IMG/VR virus record: IMGVR_UViG_3300008255_000018
Location: 1-47,891 of that record
Source of the DNA: a virus
Lineage: Duplodnaviria > Caudoviricetes
Direction: 5' to 3' (one strand)
DNA length: 47,891 nucleotides
The stretch's first letter is position 1. Each line of letters opens with the position of its first letter. The notes below the pieces were generated by a model. It searched no databases and had not been told where the DNA came from. It saw only the letters and a list, made by a program, of their open reading frames with translations. The translations under genes and the position numbers were made by a program. Positions 45,818-47,891 of this stretch are shown here, one piece after another.

Positions 45818-46060
45818 TGTTCAGTTATCTGTTCAGTCTTCTGCGAGCTGGATGGTCAGATCATCCTCGCGTGGCGCGCTTGTATCGGCCTCGGAGCTTC
45901 CCGCGTCGGAAAGCATGGCCAAATAGGCCGCGCGAGGGGTGTCGCCTGAATAGATGCCCAGCTCTGCGCCCGACTTGATCACCGTGATTTTATAATTCAT
46001 CGCATCCTCGCAAGGGGTTTGGTGCCCAGATTGGGCACCTTGTTCAGTTATCTGTTCAGT
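45818..46060 (-). repeat. 20-bp direct repeats ACTGAACAGATAACTGAACA (45818-45837 and 46041-46060)
   Basis: Identical copies, each containing the TGA stop of the preceding gene. Confidence 0.9.
45833..46000 (-). CDS. Small hypothetical protein, 55 aa (not in the ORF track)
   Basis: MNYKITVIKSGAELGIYSGDTPRAAYLAMLSDAG...QLAED*; GAGGA RBS. Confidence 0.7.
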   Translation of the reverse strand: MNYKITVIKSGAELGIYSGDTPRAAYLAMLSDAGSSEADTSAPREDDLTIQLAED

Positions 46061-46580
46061 GTGTGGCGCTGGTCAGCACGGCCTGGGCCTCGTCGAGCCA
46101 TCGGACTTGCTGGCGCTGGGCCACCCACCAGGGCGCGCCCTCCAGGTCACAATCCACATAGCTGCCCTCGGCTACGTCCTCATAGGTGGCCTCCACCACA
46201 CCCTGGAGCTCGTCGAGGTCCGCGAGGTTCAGCGCCACCTCCACATGGTCAGCGCCCATGCTGCGGATCGGCTTGCTGGCCCAGCGCTCGTCGTCGCAGG
46301 CAAAGCCCCAGAAGAAAGAGGGTAGGGTGTAAATCGCCTCGTCCTCGCCCACCACCAGCTCGGCCTGGACCTCGTCGCCACCCATCAGCCATGCCTCCAG
46401 CTCGGCATCAGCGGCGAGGCGCCCAGCCTCGATGCGACGCGCGCGCTCTGACCACCAGGGGGCCAGATCCATCTCGGTCACTTGCGAGGTGCGGACCAGT
46501 TCCAGGGCGCTGTCAAAGTCGGGGAGATGCGCGAGCTGGGCTGGGGTCAGGATCAGCAGTTCGTTGAGGTCGGTGGTCAT
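46056..46580 (-). CDS. Acidic hypothetical early protein
   Basis: MTTDLNE start with CACCCTGGAG RBS; first gene after the promoter. Confidence 0.7.
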   Translation of the reverse strand: MTTDLNELLILTPAQLAHLPDFDSALELVRTSQVTEMDLAPWWSERARRIEAGRLAADAELEAWLMGGDEVQAELVVGEDEAIYTLPSFFWGFACDDERWASKPIRSMGADHVEVALNLADLDELQGVVEATYEDVAEGSYVDCDLEGAPWWVAQRQQVRWLDEAQAVLTSATH

Positions 46581-46630
46581 GGTCGTTCTCCAGGGTGGGG
46601 GTGAGGGCCAGCAGCGCGCTGACACCTCCG

Positions 46631-46659
46631 AACCTAGTGCCCAATACCACGCTTGTCAA
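46631..46659 (-). promoter_or_regulatory. Early sigma70-like promoter
   Basis: TTGACA-N17-TAGGTT with A-tracts upstream. Confidence 0.7.
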
Positions 46660-46692
46660 TTGTTTTTCGAGCGGTGTTTTTCGTTGGGCATT

Positions 46693-46714
46693 AAAAAGCC
46701 CGCAGGTCGCGGGC
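46693..46714 (-). terminator. Intrinsic terminator of the replication operon
   Basis: GCCCGC-gacct-GCGGGC-TTTTT on the minus strand. Confidence 0.7.
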
Positions 46715-46726
46715 ATGTTTGGTTAT

Positions 46727-47401
46727 TTATTTTCGTAGCTGGTGGGCCAGCTGGGGGTGGTCCACCCACCCAGCTGCTCGGGCTGGGGTGAGCCGGAAGG
46801 CCTGGGCGCGAGGGTCCACCAGGTGGAAGCTCGCGCGCTCGTCTGCGAAGGGCAAGCCCTGCCCAGGAGTCCAGGGCAGGACGTAGAGCGCGCGCGCCAC
46901 CAGGCCCAGCTCCAGGCCCACCAGGAGGACGCAGGCGGTGGCGCCCAGCTGGGCCGCGCTCTCCAGGCTCTCCACCTGTGAGGGCCGCAGCTCCGAATAG
47001 CTCCAGCTGGGCGCATCATGGGGGCAGCTTTTGACCTCCCAGGCCAGGAGCAGCGCACCCCCTGGGGTGGCGAGCCCACCCACGCAATCGGTGGCATGAG
47101 CGCGCGCGGTGGGCACCACCAGCTTCTTGCCGTCGGCCTGGGTGCGCACCACCTGGAACGGGTCAGGTATCTGCACCCACCACAGGCGCCCAGACCGCTG
47201 CAGCTCGTCGCAGAGCCCGGCCACCCATGCCTCGGCCACCTTGCCAGAAGCCTGGGCCTGGCGCCCAGCAGCCGCGCGCACCGCTCGCCTGGGCGCATCC
47301 TGCGCACCACCCTCGGCCAGGGCGCTCACCAGGGGGCCGCGCGCCCCAGCTCCAGGCACAAGGCGCGCGCCCAGCAGCTGGGCCAGCTTGTCCCGGCTCA
47401 T
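46727..47401 (-). CDS. RecU-like Holliday junction resolvase (PD-(D/E)xK)
   Basis: GKVAEAWV...QIPDPFQVVR...TDCVGG...AWEVKS...LRPSQ. Confidence 0.7.
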   Translation of the reverse strand: MSRDKLAQLLGARLVPGAGARGPLVSALAEGGAQDAPRRAVRAAAGRQAQASGKVAEAWVAGLCDELQRSGRLWWVQIPDPFQVVRTQADGKKLVVPTARAHATDCVGGLATPGGALLLAWEVKSCPHDAPSWSYSELRPSQVESLESAAQLGATACVLLVGLELGLVARALYVLPWTPGQGLPFADERASFHLVDPRAQAFRLTPARAAGWVDHPQLAHQLRK

Positions 47402-47595
47402 GGTCTCCACCTGGGCGAGCTGTCCACGTCCACCAGGACCAGCACCAGGGCCAGCATCAGGGCGCCCATCAGGTACAGGGCCGCGATCAAGGCCAGATCC
47501 TGGTCACTCGCGGCGGCGTCGAGGGGGCAGCGCGCCCCCAGCTCCAGCGCGCTGCCCAGCAGCTCGCGCGCGCACTCGTTGGGGGGCTCTCTCAT
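47398..47595 (-). CDS. Small membrane protein
   Basis: ATGA-coupled on both sides; one hydrophobic helix. Confidence 0.5.
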   Translation of the reverse strand: MREPPNECARELLGSALELGARCPLDAAASDQDLALIAALYLMGALMLALVLVLVDVDSSPRWRP

Positions 47596-47768
47596 GGTCT
47601 CCGGCTCCTATGCTTTTGGGTCAGGTTGGCCGCTTCGCGCGCGGCGTTCTCCAGCTCGTCCTCGGTGGGCGCGTCCTGCTCCCAGGAGGTGAAGCGCTGG
47701 CGGCCCATGTCCACCTCCAGGTGGGCGACTCGATGATCTGAGCCGGTGCGTGAGAGCTCGGACACGAG
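47592..47768 (-). CDS. dnaB: DnaB helicase, C-terminal end (continuation of 1-1359 across the circular junction)
   Basis: In frame with PTFADARGASQIANDANHLLVYHR, which corresponds to the DnaB LSDLRESGSIEQDAD motif. Confidence 0.9.
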   Translation of the reverse strand, partial: LVSELSRTGSDHRVAHLEVDMGRQRFTSWEQDAPTEDELENAAREAANLTQKHRSRRP

Positions 47769-47891
47769 CCGCACATAGCTCGCGCGCTCTCCAATCTCTC
47801 GCCACCATGGCCGGTGATACACGAGAAGGTGGTTTGCATCGTTGGCGATCTGGCTTGCGCCTCGCGCGTCCGCGAAGGTCGGCACCTTGCC
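47769..47891. repeat. Terminal direct repeat (identical to 1-123)
   Basis: Direct sequence identity. Confidence 0.95.

Overview
This window is an apparently complete, circularly permuted, high-GC (roughly 70% by eye) tailed phage genome of about 47,768 bp. Bases 1-123 equal 47769-47891, and the DnaB gene runs across that junction. Most genes lie on the minus strand. (1) A lambdoid-type replication operon: XRE HTH regulator, HTH initiator with an internal iteron origin, DnaB helicase and RecU-like resolvase. (2) Two divergent early operons of hypothetical genes (3148-6050 on +, 46580-43800 on -), punctuated by shared repeat, hairpin and RBS elements. (3) A ParB-fusion plus TET-associated/GREB1-like glycosyltransferase pair with no visible TET or methyltransferase partner. 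(4) About 10 kb of hypothetical genes, including an ASCH protein. (5) Terminase, portal, scaffold and a P22-like coat protein. (6) A contractile (myovirus) tail with a -1 frameshifted chaperone, tape measure and baseplate. (7) A CHAP endolysin, a membrane/coiled-coil lysis protein and a metallophosphoesterase. I found no integrase, CI-type repressor, ParA, tRNA, CRISPR array or reverse transcriptase. The best candidates for new biology are the orphan ParB-glycosyltransferase module, the repeat-bounded early-gene cassettes (including a 72-bp inverted repeat with a flipped loop), a neck protein carrying a duplicated baseplate-J domain, and a tail-fibre-position beta-propeller with a lipoprotein signal. 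All protein calls come from motif recognition and synteny, not database searches.
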